Virus record (IMG/VR): IMGVR_UViG_3300043424_000108
Coordinates: 1-64,000 of that record
DNA: 64,000 bases
Source of the DNA: a virus
Reading direction: 5' to 3' (one strand)
Part shown: positions 48,201 to 55,325 of the stretch, piece by piece
How positions within the stretch are numbered: the stretch's first letter is position 1
Layout: every line of letters begins with the position of its first letter
The notes under the pieces: model-generated
Told to the model about the DNA's origin: nothing
Databases searched by the model: none
The model's input: the letters and a program-made list of their open reading frames with translations, nothing else
Position numbers and translations under genes: made by a program

Positions 48201-49085
48201 TTGTAAAGCTAAAGCGTTCTTTTCCTGTTGGTTTACAGACTGTTTAATTTGTGCATCGAGATCAGAAATCTGTTTTTGGTAATTAGCAACTTTTTCATCT
48301 ACAGCATTTTTCATTGCGTAGTTGTATTGCATCTCCATACCAGAGTATAGATCATCATCTGTCTTTAAACGAGTCGACTTAAAAGTAGATAAGTCCTCTT
48401 CATTGTATATTCTTGATCCTACTCTATGAGACTCAAAGTCAGCCAATCCATCTAATATAGATTTATCGGTAGTCTGATTTGATTTAATGTTTAGAGAAAG
48501 CCTTTGATTAGGGTTAGAGGTATTTAACATCTTTTCTCTATCCTCCAAAGAATTCTCAGCAAAGAAAGCATCAGCCTGAGACTTAGCTAGTTTAGAAGTG
48601 TTGATCTGATTTACTCTATCTACTAGTTCTGTATAGGACTTTCTCAAAAGCTCTTTGTTCTTACCGTTAAGACTAGAGTTAGATATACGGTTGTACTTAT
48701 CCCTCAACTCACTTAAAGCCTTTTGACTCTCCTCTATAGTTCCTTCCCTAAGTATTCTATTAAATACATTAGCAGATTCCTTTAACTCATTCTTAGTAGC
48801 TAAGTCAAGTTCTAGGTTAGGTATAGCGTAGGCACCAAAATCTCCTGTAATGTTTCTATAGGAAGCATTTATGTCTGCTGCACTAGCTTTTATATCCCCT
48901 TCTAAAATACTTTCTACCTCTTTACCGATAGTCAACTGTGCCTCAAATGGTTGGACAGCAGCACCACTTACTTGAGCAGCCCTAGTTAAGTTGGTAGCAC
49001 TTTCTAATCCTGAAAGTTGTTTAGATTTTGTAAAAGGATCTAATCCTTGACTTTGTAATAATGCAATTATAGGATCTTGTGGCAT
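36297..49085 (-). CDS. virion-packaged DNA-dependent RNA polymerase polyprotein (crAss-like)
   Basis: 4262 aa; catalytic loop SGSDYDIDKL (39453..39467), RIP motif upstream, zincin HEAWHEF...EERLAEDF. Confidence 0.9.
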   Translation of the reverse strand: MPQDPIIALLQSQGLDPFTKSKQLSGLESATNLTRAAQVSGAAVQPFEAQLTIGKEVESILEGDIKASAADINASYRNITGDFGAYAIPNLELDLATKNELKESANVFNRILREGTIEESQKALSELRDKYNRISNSSLNGKNKELLRKSYTELVDRVNQINTSKLAKSQADAFFAENSLEDREKMLNTSNPNQRLSLNIKSNQTTDKSILDGLADFESHRVGSRIYNEEDLSTFKSTRLKTDDDLYSGMEMQYNYAMKNAVDEKVANYQKQISDLDAQIKQSVNQQEKNALALQKANVSKELNYSKNLSNKLKPYTIEDNYLKQFYPEQYTRKKEREKQEVYRNEMLAEGDQGSIGETLYRSGQQIKSNFLKQVSGLAYLAGAEELGYKIKSDAEYAAPPTYFVGKDLNKNNKIDDSEITRDIHGNRVTMSQVSWTDKNGNKTWNLWSAAEQVLPIATDVATTILLSKGVGAIGRGAGLTYGRIGAAAGLSEAGTASFVKNWAPRISTMGVVTSTTFPRFYAEERSNFKNGDAAFKVALMRAGVEGLTETIVPDVNMFSGKVAFGALDPAFAKLGKLDPANLSRLTTQRDLLLGLLPKGALSPSKAAMLMAPAAIRRTLSGASQESIEELGSLVGNYFVDKYASSQNFEVEETNQITGDAFLDTFVEGFIPSLFVSGATTAFSKSAIKKERLDQARWNIANNPEKYKQLIANKVQLNKLTKEEGLKQTAAVDNLSRRLDSIPEMKNIKNLTNLLDDKELQFSYFNNQLFQEDLLNVDPTQLSPEQLKEYEDSLAKTSKEILTTKKLADKYAGLEEADKKAIISKLFDSQAKAAISPETRLTSLLGIAEQTRQSLLSVPVGDERYEFVSEQYKKFQSTVDANIVERVNTFRNTLETNPEQLTSLELTLARDTFMPALDRIQGIDAKFELQNAPLVAEQVQGPKTYDESVPQLIRSIQEELETRMQLTGDEFQSEVPKNLRNPETKNIQERQLAIAELSEDELATGELEEGAHDHLNDFQRFVLAAELEEHRVQKEQNPNTITDLQNDVDAIQNNLYSISTRGLSRENSRAKIIEMNKIAMEVAPNVSVVNNFSATPSAPVVTPSPVVNIPGRRDDVDQDVYNAFIQDLEDLNEVLSDNEMDDEDRKIFISQRNTAIYNNVSNLGSVSKVRSALLALFSNHEAEVEIVFDSIKAGVVDVSSLDFISPGRRDLLEQLLTRLSSIQNLSDNPTNVANESEVTNTPDTISNEVLEESGILEEEDPEVVFSDNFEINQDNVNSEIKEVKLRAIDGLYLSMPTVDSVTDNSYDDSTINLGSDIITSYSEDTRSGTYRDMSIRIQSMMGIYKFILSDQDYATIEELRQKKSLNEEEKARLVEVFNRQQIPLHDKSFVGAVLNNPKLLGSGVGSVFVDSKGDLIRFNPQGRPTSSTTGNVFVALLPDSTASPKLKEIRATVAKGKIVTSRIEGIVPGFSKVRPLSQAVGESIKVITTPNGLVIPRRGAQKDYLLKPGSVHLEKENVRNPYTGVNIPTNGNTLQVLVNAFNEGTLPTTIDESIRTNAAAFLEYLSQQINSVYIKGIKEGKQTTGIRFFKKSNLYLCATASQKLIVKYVEVGQDGKNYYRNSQNQQEDLLKMGETSYKLVRESLVKQNKPYQALVVNKNNEISTKNFDTYTDFIKSPEFGATFLREENRSLSFSSDYKVSDNSTVDVVNDNINVIPEPVVVLPVEQPADQPTQPTGQQPRKVRTRPTLLPDNISPSESEFFRERLLDNQITEKQNQQAKAWVSNHPIFKNTPFIFNNTISHPEAYAVWSKAGIFLFEGANYAEAYHEAWHEFSQLYLTPEQKSALYAEARSIYGDLSFVELEERLAEDFRAYALSGGVTMPEALKKAKESKSIFKQIWDFISNLFSDKKTIDHYFSRLHKGNLTQFKRNESNQYFTKLYSGKYSYQDSEGVSHTLSFKDSKALLDDLDSIYVSIANNQFKDKGINFVNIVSSGKNANIVYSYMEKSLFNDYEALTKEYEKTNNQSLIPKINQLVDLLDNFQSAAQFHKLNSSIFEDNIKKQILNERIEEFEKVNSEFASYEASVNEMSNKQLASQVLVNALRTLPKYENGRMVFHPIYGTTILSDFNTNWNILQRRLSGTNSYADLYSRVEEIAEEYPQFNQFLQYLPAPDSSIARTSSMNFKNEFFSLFSMPYIEGYTANIKRDEEGNISEVRVFQANSLDSLNIRKKYDLDFSLTSTPYTARNEETGTFYLNTQKYFGNFPGVPPAPKDQEDYRDYNQALYNMLTPLGFNLSPAAVELFLNEDATIQESRVRLIYEKLSSLSQVKKYIMSPLADLSIEHEISTPKGKKKVDGENRNISAIIQYEVQANPEYVDDMRYNADQKQIWSVNQHTFMSKVLGVLNDSVLYPTIDSVYEELPHLNPKNNPGVQGSFVLTYLFNNGGNRIVDKIGNQLVPRKVELGNLLGIKTSYEGEKTIDANESKKHYVDIIGLTRYGIEEINRLSGKSTTRALVLERKLREHIGLQVGNNEADAFSVYNGVPTDLFNSIILPLIKSEVDVTLKNSSKYRIAAYDEDSSPKLAYFHKIFNAGQRTALLNAFKSPEPGKSLKDIFEGMPEYKDILTRFNFYIRAQANKSKAILGNDYALTTPELMKYHFFSAVSRIEQHKIFFNHPYYYKNPKDIEKRLSAWNAFGSYATLDLQNLEYLTSNKSGLTMYSGRDAFQAYANKTGIKVNPNRANADQISYLVLEDQLVKSVTASKSKVYGKSKEAYTNNKKAAKQDAAAFCTLDFFRKFYALTKSGLTPEMVDEFKRQDAIYKKHLEIKTAPEYEQEALRKELLDLLNQGPFYKFTIKKLQYSGHNKIESGESVPVFHKYSMKPILPSEMVNDAELEGILQKLHASSADYAVFESGTKIAETVESVSLFDDKNKVDPQASPTGVIDMKYLKEQVLVENKEDFNNIFSTQLRKLIYKDLVSEKEEELYGEYKNIIESLTNFDKINFLEQLADKQKLVEFLIREISKKNASESTKDLLQLKADGTLMHTLDSMIDRTIMESAIVSSVRNQVIRQKVPGAQRVQYPVSLIRPSRKLAYYDVQGGKVTKAEVIVSFSKGYYPLLNLISPVDGEPIGELDANGKPFNPHTALTRLNEAIQNPKFRMDNASQLAMMAIRIPGSGYNTIESFEVVEFLPEESGEIILVPDEMVVKSGSDYDIDKLFCYDPHLEQDGTMISTREFQSPEEALATKNAILDKIHENKETIRTFVADKNLLVNELRDLLTEKGFNPDTKLKELYLELQSLKGVEEEELVEAGVTAADLLRLQEKFTSGISETKSKVSDEVKSRIKAIRFVLSTASDRELSQEIGYINDTIADIIEENTSLTKQLKSIRGQYTNALLLNMAERMSQPEVFQALITPNEIKRIDAAVKEFGNVSPAATADLTNIINPIYQLYVFSLNTYKNSLGTDAKNNVFHSLLQKTKFYRQDKAAIYEYILDANRTEEGYIDFSRVYNVDGEPISLLTGEMINAHVDIEKNDGIARIGLNNVITPVVNYVTMAGTRFNDIVNIINRSAGLDEEGRKIRSSILRYSKGESLDSITKDILSRVPEGHVVRELIAKSTTKYGVISRSALKRNVNNKFRSNLTPETAKQNLLEVEDAYHDLARLGLFLELEDQTRDLATISLSVDYDTFSPQNFESFRSSVVELAKYVKPGTKEYKIFNQEGLNDIIYNSVVSPYQIQQDVLDKFVEVFPISANSKITNKILVEYARLKTANRKLDYDKLSRTFKNDLLYSLFINNVPEVREFETYLDKKNPGNIGSMYLNLKSRLASRGITAENDVFNMVSINSEVDSDYVRTGITQTDLNYSVDILKEEFEKGLNWSHPALDPNNPSDSDLIGDMQGFFRAFVYAGIIGTQLNKKFDSYLPLIPESIYTLPMTDIINNFVEELDVTPEEGTTPYITQFIARFNENHPEFRRLDVPPALNYYKDYVLSRPNTVDMSVVKQSELQLEEKEEISATEVASIYLKTSAGIVAKHKSPETRSKSLRSQISINPTIFNTGVFVEPVTEEETVDLVIQKSNNPYEIAQQIVFFDKNFNFESIVGGTKVGVIYDFFLGGKINSESVRQAYDNRLFNVSNTPGIKDYVGRTSKSGEPYENIDQVALSLSAQSGQEIEVQDIVDFISENPKGLNQFKEKFLETLRDLQKAGKSLVGTEMTPADARFLVDSYNKATRIQATPELSTFDVTQFSDLESGKLLQESFSKLRELNNNLSKNC

Positions 49086-49120
49086 GTATTAAATATTAAA
49101 ATGAAAGCTAAGATTATAAA

Positions 49121-49128
49121 CAAATATA
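49121..49128 (-). promoter_or_regulatory. -7 element TATATTTG upstream of vRNAP
   Basis: In the intergenic gap 49086..49146. Confidence 0.5.
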
Positions 49129-49146
49129 AGTAATTATAAGTGATTA

Positions 49147-50868
49147 TTACTTCTTGTCTATATCCCCACTATACTTGGTTGTAGTACTTGTTTTTATAAT
49201 TCCAGTACCGTCATCAGAAGTAGTAATACTAGTATCAGGAACTCCAATGTAGAAATTGCCTAAGTTAGCAGAGTTCCTCAAGAAGTCAAAGGATTGTATA
49301 CCTCCCACTGTTTCACTGAATGCTCCTGTAACATTTACAGGAAGACTTGCATTAGCTCCAGATATATTTTGACTTATACCTGTTCTGATCTTTCCTAGGT
49401 CTTCTCTAAGTTTTCTGTTAGTGGTCTCATAATCTAATCCTTCCATACCTGTAAGTAAGGAAGTAATAGCTTGTTGGTATTTAGCATTGATTCCTCTTTT
49501 AGGAAGTTTAGCTAAAGCTTGTTCAATATAAAACAACTGTCTTTCTCCTGTAGCCTTCTGTGCCCTTCTTAGGTTATTTACAGCTTCGTTTAGGTTAGAG
49601 GTTGCTCCTGAGTTTCCGTCTTTACTTGCTTGATCAGCAATAATAGATAATCCTGCTGCAATCTTATCAAAGTTTTGGAATACAGGTTTAATAGCTGAAG
49701 TATCTACTTGATAACCTACCTTTTGAGTTAAGTTAGCTAAGTCAATTGCAGTTTTTCTATCTGCGTTAATCTTACGCATTTGTCTAGCATCCTCGTTAGC
49801 TTGCTTCCAATACTCGTTAGTAATAAGATCTCTACTTACTTTTTGACTAGCGTACATGTTACCCATGTTGGTAGCAAACTTATCTTGGTAGATTTCCATG
49901 TACTCTCCTAAGTCAAAATCCTCTAGAGTAGTAGAAGCTTTTTGTTCGGCAAGTAATCTAGATTGTTCGTAGTAAGTTGCTTTTTGTTTAGCCTGCTCTA
50001 ACTGAGATTTAACTGTAGCTGATCCAGTAGTGTTATATGCTCTTTCTAATCTAGCTGCCTCCTCCTTAAACATCCTAGCATTTTCTCCTGCTGTAGCTGC
50101 CTTAGTCTGCATATCTTCTACATAACCTTGATAAGCATTATCTTTTCCTACTTGCTCTAAACTGTAACCTGCATCCATCTGAAACTGACGCAATTTATTT
50201 GGATCAGTAGCAATAAATGCCTTAAACTTATTAGCTAGGTCAGTTGTATTATATCCTTCTACTGTTACCTTTTCAATGTAAGCAGGTCCCATAGCAGAAC
50301 GCATATTAAACGACTCATCTTGATTAGGTTTTTGAGTCTTCATAAACTCCATCCAATCTTTAGAAAGATCTACATAAGGAGTATACTCTTTACCATAACC
50401 AATCTTCTGTCCCAACTTACCACTTTGCATGTAGTCATTAACGTCCTTCATATAGTAGAAGTCGTTAACTACACTACGTTCTCCTGGCTTCATCTTAGAC
50501 AATTGTTCTTGTCTACGAGCTACTTCTTTACCGTTAGAGATAGCAGTAGTTATATATTGATCTCTTTCTAAAGGCTTACCTATGTTAAGTACTGATTGTA
50601 CGTTTGCTTTATTTGAAAAGTCTAGTCCAGCACTATTGCTGATAGCTTTAACTAGGTTACCCATAGACTTATCAAAGTACTCCTTCTCTACATCTGTAAG
50701 AATGGAACTTCTTAGACTGTGATAAGAGTCAATATTCTGTTGCACCTTAGCAACTCCCTCATCATACATCTCTTGCTTTTTAGAAGCAAACTTGATTAAC
50801 TCGTCTGCTGGTAGAGGAGAGATATAGTCTGGGTATTCAAACTTAGTATGTTGTGCTGAAATTGGCAT
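49147..50868 (-). CDS. ejected/cargo protein (helical)
   Basis: YISPLP...KQEMYD N-terminus; position upstream of vRNAP as in crAss-like phages. Confidence 0.7.
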   Translation of the reverse strand: MPISAQHTKFEYPDYISPLPADELIKFASKKQEMYDEGVAKVQQNIDSYHSLRSSILTDVEKEYFDKSMGNLVKAISNSAGLDFSNKANVQSVLNIGKPLERDQYITTAISNGKEVARRQEQLSKMKPGERSVVNDFYYMKDVNDYMQSGKLGQKIGYGKEYTPYVDLSKDWMEFMKTQKPNQDESFNMRSAMGPAYIEKVTVEGYNTTDLANKFKAFIATDPNKLRQFQMDAGYSLEQVGKDNAYQGYVEDMQTKAATAGENARMFKEEAARLERAYNTTGSATVKSQLEQAKQKATYYEQSRLLAEQKASTTLEDFDLGEYMEIYQDKFATNMGNMYASQKVSRDLITNEYWKQANEDARQMRKINADRKTAIDLANLTQKVGYQVDTSAIKPVFQNFDKIAAGLSIIADQASKDGNSGATSNLNEAVNNLRRAQKATGERQLFYIEQALAKLPKRGINAKYQQAITSLLTGMEGLDYETTNRKLREDLGKIRTGISQNISGANASLPVNVTGAFSETVGGIQSFDFLRNSANLGNFYIGVPDTSITTSDDGTGIIKTSTTTKYSGDIDKK

Positions 50869-50871
50869 GGT

Positions 50872-53064
50872 TTAGGATTTAGATTTTTTATACATTCCCT
50901 TTTTAGCTGTGGTCTTCGACTGGTTCTCTTGTGCCTTCATGTAATTATAATAATCAAAAGCGGCTTTCATATTTTCAGGAAGAGTTATTTGACCCTCTGA
51001 AGTAACATCGAATCCAGGCGCAACAATAGGGATACCCATAGCTTTAAGGTTTTCGTCTTGTTCAAATTTAGCTCTTTTATCTACTAAACTTGCAACTGCT
51101 GATTGTTTTTCTGCAGACTGAGCATCTCTTGCTTGTCCTACTAAGTTATTATATACACGATCAAAAGCCTGAGCATTGAACTGATCTGCACTCATAGACA
51201 TTTGTGCATTAGCCATATCTGCCTGAGAACGTGATTGGGCATCATAGTTTTGTTTAGACTGAAAAGCCTTTTGCTTAGCATCTAGTCCTGCAATATAAGC
51301 CATATTAGGATCAGCTCCACTTCTAATAGCTGCTGTACCCATGTTATCAATATCCTGTAGTTCGCTTTGAATGTTCAAAGTCTGAGGACGAACATAAGGA
51401 GCATCTATCTCTGGAATAGCATAAGAGTAAATTTCTTGTGCTTGAGCAAGTCCCATAGCTTCAGGAATAGCTTGATACAAAGGAAAGTTACCTGGAGTAT
51501 ATTTACCTGTCTTAGCAGCTTGTGCATCAGAAACTTTTGTTCCTGAAGTATCTTGTGCAGCTTCAGTAGGAGTGGTAGCAGGGGTTTTAGGTTCAAAGTT
51601 AGGCAACTGTCTTGATGCAGTATACAAACCTAACTTAGAATCAATAGAACGTTGACTACCTTCTTCTGGAACAAAGCCCATCTCAGAAGCAAACTTATCT
51701 GCTTCTTCAGGAGTATAGCCAGCTTTTAATGCTCTGTTTCTAACTTCCTCAGTGTATGCAACCTGTGCTCTACGCATTTGATCCTTATTCTTAGGATCAA
51801 AGATTTCTCCTTGTGCTTCTACGTCCTTTATAAACCAATCATAATTCTTTTTAAATAAATCTAAGTTAGACTCCTGACCATATACTCCTGAAGGAAGTGT
51901 AGATTGAAGTCCAGGAACTTCTGCCACCAACAAAGAAGTCTTGGGGTCCATCTTAGCAACCTTAGCACGAGTACCAGGTTGGTAAGTGGGGATAGGCTCT
52001 TTTACGTCTGATCCATCTAACATTACTAAAGGTGTTGTTTCTTTTTTAGTAACTCCTCCATATTTCATTTCTGCAAGTATTTTTTCTTGCACATTTTTGG
52101 GAAGTGCTTTGAAACCAGGATTATCTATGCCTGCACCATTCTTTGCCTGAAGTTCTCCATTAGAGTCACCATTAAGAATTTGTTGGTCTCTAAAAAGATC
52201 ATCAAGTATTTTTTGATTACGCTGCATCATTAAGCCTGCAGTGTCCTTATCTACTTGTTTAGCAAAAGGATTCTCTAAAGTCTTCTTATATGGAGTAATA
52301 TCGTAGTTCTTAGCAATCTGAGCAAAGGTCTTTTTAGATCCTTCTGGCTTTAGATTATTAGAATAGACACGAGTTTGATCAGGTAGATTTGTAGGAATAC
52401 CTCCATTACTATGAGAAGGGCCTGAAGCCATTTCTGTTTCTAGGTTTGGAAGCTGGATGTATTCTCCACCTTCAATTTCTACATCGTTCATGCCTTCGCT
52501 AGCATAACGTTTGTTTATTTTTGCACCCATTTCTGCTTTAATTGTAGGTTGATACTCTGTACCTCCACTTGTTGTACGACCATACATATAGTTGTAGTCG
52601 TAGATGGGTTTAGAGTTTCTTTGTTGTATTGATTCGTTAAGTTTACGTTGATTCTCTAGATCTTGATTATAGGTAAGACCTGCATCTATTCCTAATAATC
52701 CTAGACTAACTAAATCTTTTTCTTGGCCTTTAAACTGGTCAAAGAAGTTTTTATCTAAAGAACCTGAGTCTGTCTTCTTTGTTAACTCGTCTGACTTAGA
52801 GAATCTTTGGTCTTCTGTTGGTACTTGATTATCACTTAATTTAACAAAAGAATTTGCATCCAGAGATAGGTCTATCTTTGGATTAACCTTAGTTTGCCAA
52901 TCCCACGTTTCTTGAGGACTGGGAATAAACCCAGGAATATTCAACAATTCTCCTGGATTATTCTCACTATCTGTAAGTTGTGGATCGGATAGATTAGTAG
53001 GCTTTGGATTTAAGTCATTGCCTCCACCATTACCAAATCTTCTGAATAAGCGATTTCTTAACAT
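50872..53064 (-). CDS. cargo/internal virion protein
   Basis: VEIEGGE...GPSHSNGGI...VYSN motif; A/Q-rich C-terminus. Confidence 0.7.
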   Translation of the reverse strand: MLRNRLFRRFGNGGGNDLNPKPTNLSDPQLTDSENNPGELLNIPGFIPSPQETWDWQTKVNPKIDLSLDANSFVKLSDNQVPTEDQRFSKSDELTKKTDSGSLDKNFFDQFKGQEKDLVSLGLLGIDAGLTYNQDLENQRKLNESIQQRNSKPIYDYNYMYGRTTSGGTEYQPTIKAEMGAKINKRYASEGMNDVEIEGGEYIQLPNLETEMASGPSHSNGGIPTNLPDQTRVYSNNLKPEGSKKTFAQIAKNYDITPYKKTLENPFAKQVDKDTAGLMMQRNQKILDDLFRDQQILNGDSNGELQAKNGAGIDNPGFKALPKNVQEKILAEMKYGGVTKKETTPLVMLDGSDVKEPIPTYQPGTRAKVAKMDPKTSLLVAEVPGLQSTLPSGVYGQESNLDLFKKNYDWFIKDVEAQGEIFDPKNKDQMRRAQVAYTEEVRNRALKAGYTPEEADKFASEMGFVPEEGSQRSIDSKLGLYTASRQLPNFEPKTPATTPTEAAQDTSGTKVSDAQAAKTGKYTPGNFPLYQAIPEAMGLAQAQEIYSYAIPEIDAPYVRPQTLNIQSELQDIDNMGTAAIRSGADPNMAYIAGLDAKQKAFQSKQNYDAQSRSQADMANAQMSMSADQFNAQAFDRVYNNLVGQARDAQSAEKQSAVASLVDKRAKFEQDENLKAMGIPIVAPGFDVTSEGQITLPENMKAAFDYYNYMKAQENQSKTTAKKGMYKKSKS

Positions 53065-53127
53065 GTTTTAATTATTTATGTTATTAACATAGAGAGTTAA
53101 TAACTGCTTGAGAATAAGCTAGTTATA

Positions 53128-53157
53128 CAAATATACAAGATTAATAAAAAAAAGCAA
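53128..53157 (-). promoter_or_regulatory. Bacteroidota-type promoter overlapping terminator tail
   Basis: Minus strand TTGCTT-N16-TATATTTG. Confidence 0.7.
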
Positions 53158-53176
53158 GGGAGAATTAACTCCCTTG
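53146..53176 (-). terminator. intrinsic terminator
   Basis: CAAGGGAG-TTAATT-CTCCCTTG then C and a T-run on the minus strand. Confidence 0.8.
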
Positions 53177-53323
53177 TCCTCTGCTTTTCTTAAGATAGTT
53201 TTTGCTAGACTTTAACTTTGAAGCTTTAGTCTTTGCTACAACTCCTTTCCTCCTGATCTTTGGTTTAACTTTAAACTTAGAAGCTGTAGAGGTTGATTTT
53301 GATTTAGATGCTTTAGGTGCCAT
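53165..53323 (-). CDS. 52-aa highly basic protein (not in ORF track)
   Basis: MAPKASKSKS...KSSKNYLKKSRGQGS; AACTAAA-repeat leader. Confidence 0.75.
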   Translation of the reverse strand: MAPKASKSKSTSTASKFKVKPKIRRKGVVAKTKASKLKSSKNYLKKSRGQGS

Positions 53324-53350
53324 ATATTTAGTTTTAGTTTTAGTTTAGTT

Positions 53351-53800
53351 TTAACACTTCCAACGCCTACGTGCTTGTCTGATTCTGCTATTAGGATCAT
53401 TCTGTGTAGCCTGTGAAGATCTACGCAACTGACCTAATGAACGAGCACAGTAGGACTTTCTACGATTAGCTGCTTTGCTACCTGGCTTTACCTTACCTGT
53501 AACAGCAGTACTTAATTTGGAACCTGGGTTAGCCCTTCTATAAGCCATGACTCCTTTCTTAGTCATACCAGCTCCTTGTTTAGTGGGGCGATAGTTAGCT
53601 CCTGGTCCCTTAGTTGTATGGGAGATAGTTCCTCCCTTAGCCATGTATGCCTTCTTTAAGCGACTTTCTTTCTTGATCTTAGTCTCTTGTTTAAGCATCT
53701 CTTTAGTAGGCTTTTTTCCAGAACCTTTATTAGCACGGATGTTATCCCACAATCCTCTTTGGGAGTATGATCCGTCTTTACGTTTTATCATCTTTTTCAT
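53351..53800 (-). CDS. basic protein, DUF6321-like
   Basis: GLWDNIRA; GMTKKG...ANPGSKL...RRKSYCARS...NSRIRQARRRWKC. Confidence 0.75.
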   Translation of the reverse strand: MKKMIKRKDGSYSQRGLWDNIRANKGSGKKPTKEMLKQETKIKKESRLKKAYMAKGGTISHTTKGPGANYRPTKQGAGMTKKGVMAYRRANPGSKLSTAVTGKVKPGSKAANRRKSYCARSLGQLRRSSQATQNDPNSRIRQARRRWKC

Positions 53801-54486
53801 TTCTTTACATTTGATTTCTTTAAGAATGATTTTAAATCATAATTTACTTTTTCTCTATTAAATTGTTTAGCAAGTTTATTTGCTAACTGCAATCTATTAG
53901 TCTTACTCTTAACTCCTCTTAGGATACTTGCTACTCCATCTACCATTTCTTTATCATCATCCTCTACTTCTCCGCCTTCTTCCATCCTACGTAAATTAGG
54001 ATTAGGCCTAAATTGTACTTGAGTATTATCTCTTTGAGGAACTCTCATAGTAGAATTGTAAGGAGAAGATGTAAATTGATTAACAGTACCTGCAGCTCTA
54101 GTAACAGGTGCAACTTTTTTAGCCACTTTATTGACTGTTCTGCTTGCTTGTGCTGCATTTACAGCTAAGTTGCTATAAGGTCTAATAGCATTTGCAGCTC
54201 TAGCTACTCCCATTAATCCTTTAGCTGTGCCAAATGTTGCCATATTTAAAGCATCTAATCCTGCTCCTACATAGTCTCCTTGATAAAGATTGGCTAGTGC
54301 ACTAGCACCTGAAGCATAGGTACCCACAGGACCAGGAACATAGGTAGCTGCTTCTAAAGCCATGCCCAGTCCAGTACTTCCTCCATTAGGCATCTTACGC
54401 TTTCTAGAATTCTTATATGCACCCTTAAGTCTTGAACCTGAGGGTGCATTAGGAATTACAGAACCATTTACTCCTGGAACAAACAT
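53797..54486 (-). CDS. putative internal virion protein
   Basis: Central A/G-rich VPGPVG...GDYVGAGLDA segment; MxxGG motifs. Confidence 0.7.
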   Translation of the reverse strand: MFVPGVNGSVIPNAPSGSRLKGAYKNSRKRKMPNGGSTGLGMALEAATYVPGPVGTYASGASALANLYQGDYVGAGLDALNMATFGTAKGLMGVARAANAIRPYSNLAVNAAQASRTVNKVAKKVAPVTRAAGTVNQFTSSPYNSTMRVPQRDNTQVQFRPNPNLRRMEEGGEVEDDDKEMVDGVASILRGVKSKTNRLQLANKLAKQFNREKVNYDLKSFLKKSNVKK

Positions 54487-54488
54487 AG

Positions 54489-55310
54489 TTAATTTCTGTA
54501 GATAGGCTTACCTGATTGCATGTTAGATACTCTTCTACGTACAAGTGCTTCATTAGCACTCATCTTACTATTAGACTTAGCTGCAGGAACTGCTTTTTTG
54601 TATTTGCTTACGTTACTCATAGCCTGAGTAACTTTAACTGGTTCCGCAGTTCTGAGAACTTCTTTAGTAGTTATAGGGGTTTTCTTCAGGTTGTTAGCTG
54701 TAGACATTACACTATTAGCAACTGGCCTTGCTTTATTTTCTGCCATAGACTTATCCCATTGTGCAGGAGTGTAGTTCCAACTTTGAGAAGAAGAAGTGCT
54801 AGTAGTCTTAGCGGCTGCCTTAGGAGCAGATGACATTGTCTTAGACTTGATGTAAGACTCGTAAGCCTTCTGTGTTTCAGCACCCCAAGCACCATCAGCT
54901 ACAATATTATATCCCTTACTACGAAGCATTTCTTGGTAAGCTTTTACTTTAGGAGATGCACCTTTAACAGTAGTAGACTCTAGATTATTCAAAGTAGTCT
55001 TAGCTGCTAAGTTAAGTGGATCTATAGCTTTTACTCTTGGAAGAGTGTCCATCTCCATACCATTTTCCCCCTTACGCATCTTAGAGAGTGTCTTAGCCAA
55101 GTTAGCTCTTTTTACTGTAGTAGAAGAGTAAGCGCCTTTATTGCTTAGTACTTTGTCACGGAAAGCAGGTACAGACATTCCAGCTCTTTTAGCTTGTGCT
55201 GTAAAAGAACCTGGCTTCTTAATAGCAGACTGAATCCATTTACCTCCTGATTTCATTTTCTTACCACCGCAACTCATGCAAGTTGAGTAAGAATTCTTTA
55301 AGCGATTCAT
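54489..55310 (-). CDS. basic protein with peptidoglycan-binding (PG_binding_1-like) domain
   Basis: KWIQSAIKKPG...RANLAKTL; VKAYQEML...ADGAWGAETQKA. Confidence 0.75.
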   Translation of the reverse strand: MNRLKNSYSTCMSCGGKKMKSGGKWIQSAIKKPGSFTAQAKRAGMSVPAFRDKVLSNKGAYSSTTVKRANLAKTLSKMRKGENGMEMDTLPRVKAIDPLNLAAKTTLNNLESTTVKGASPKVKAYQEMLRSKGYNIVADGAWGAETQKAYESYIKSKTMSSAPKAAAKTTSTSSSQSWNYTPAQWDKSMAENKARPVANSVMSTANNLKKTPITTKEVLRTAEPVKVTQAMSNVSKYKKAVPAAKSNSKMSANEALVRRRVSNMQSGKPIYRN

Positions 55311-55325
55311 ATAGTTTTATTTAGT

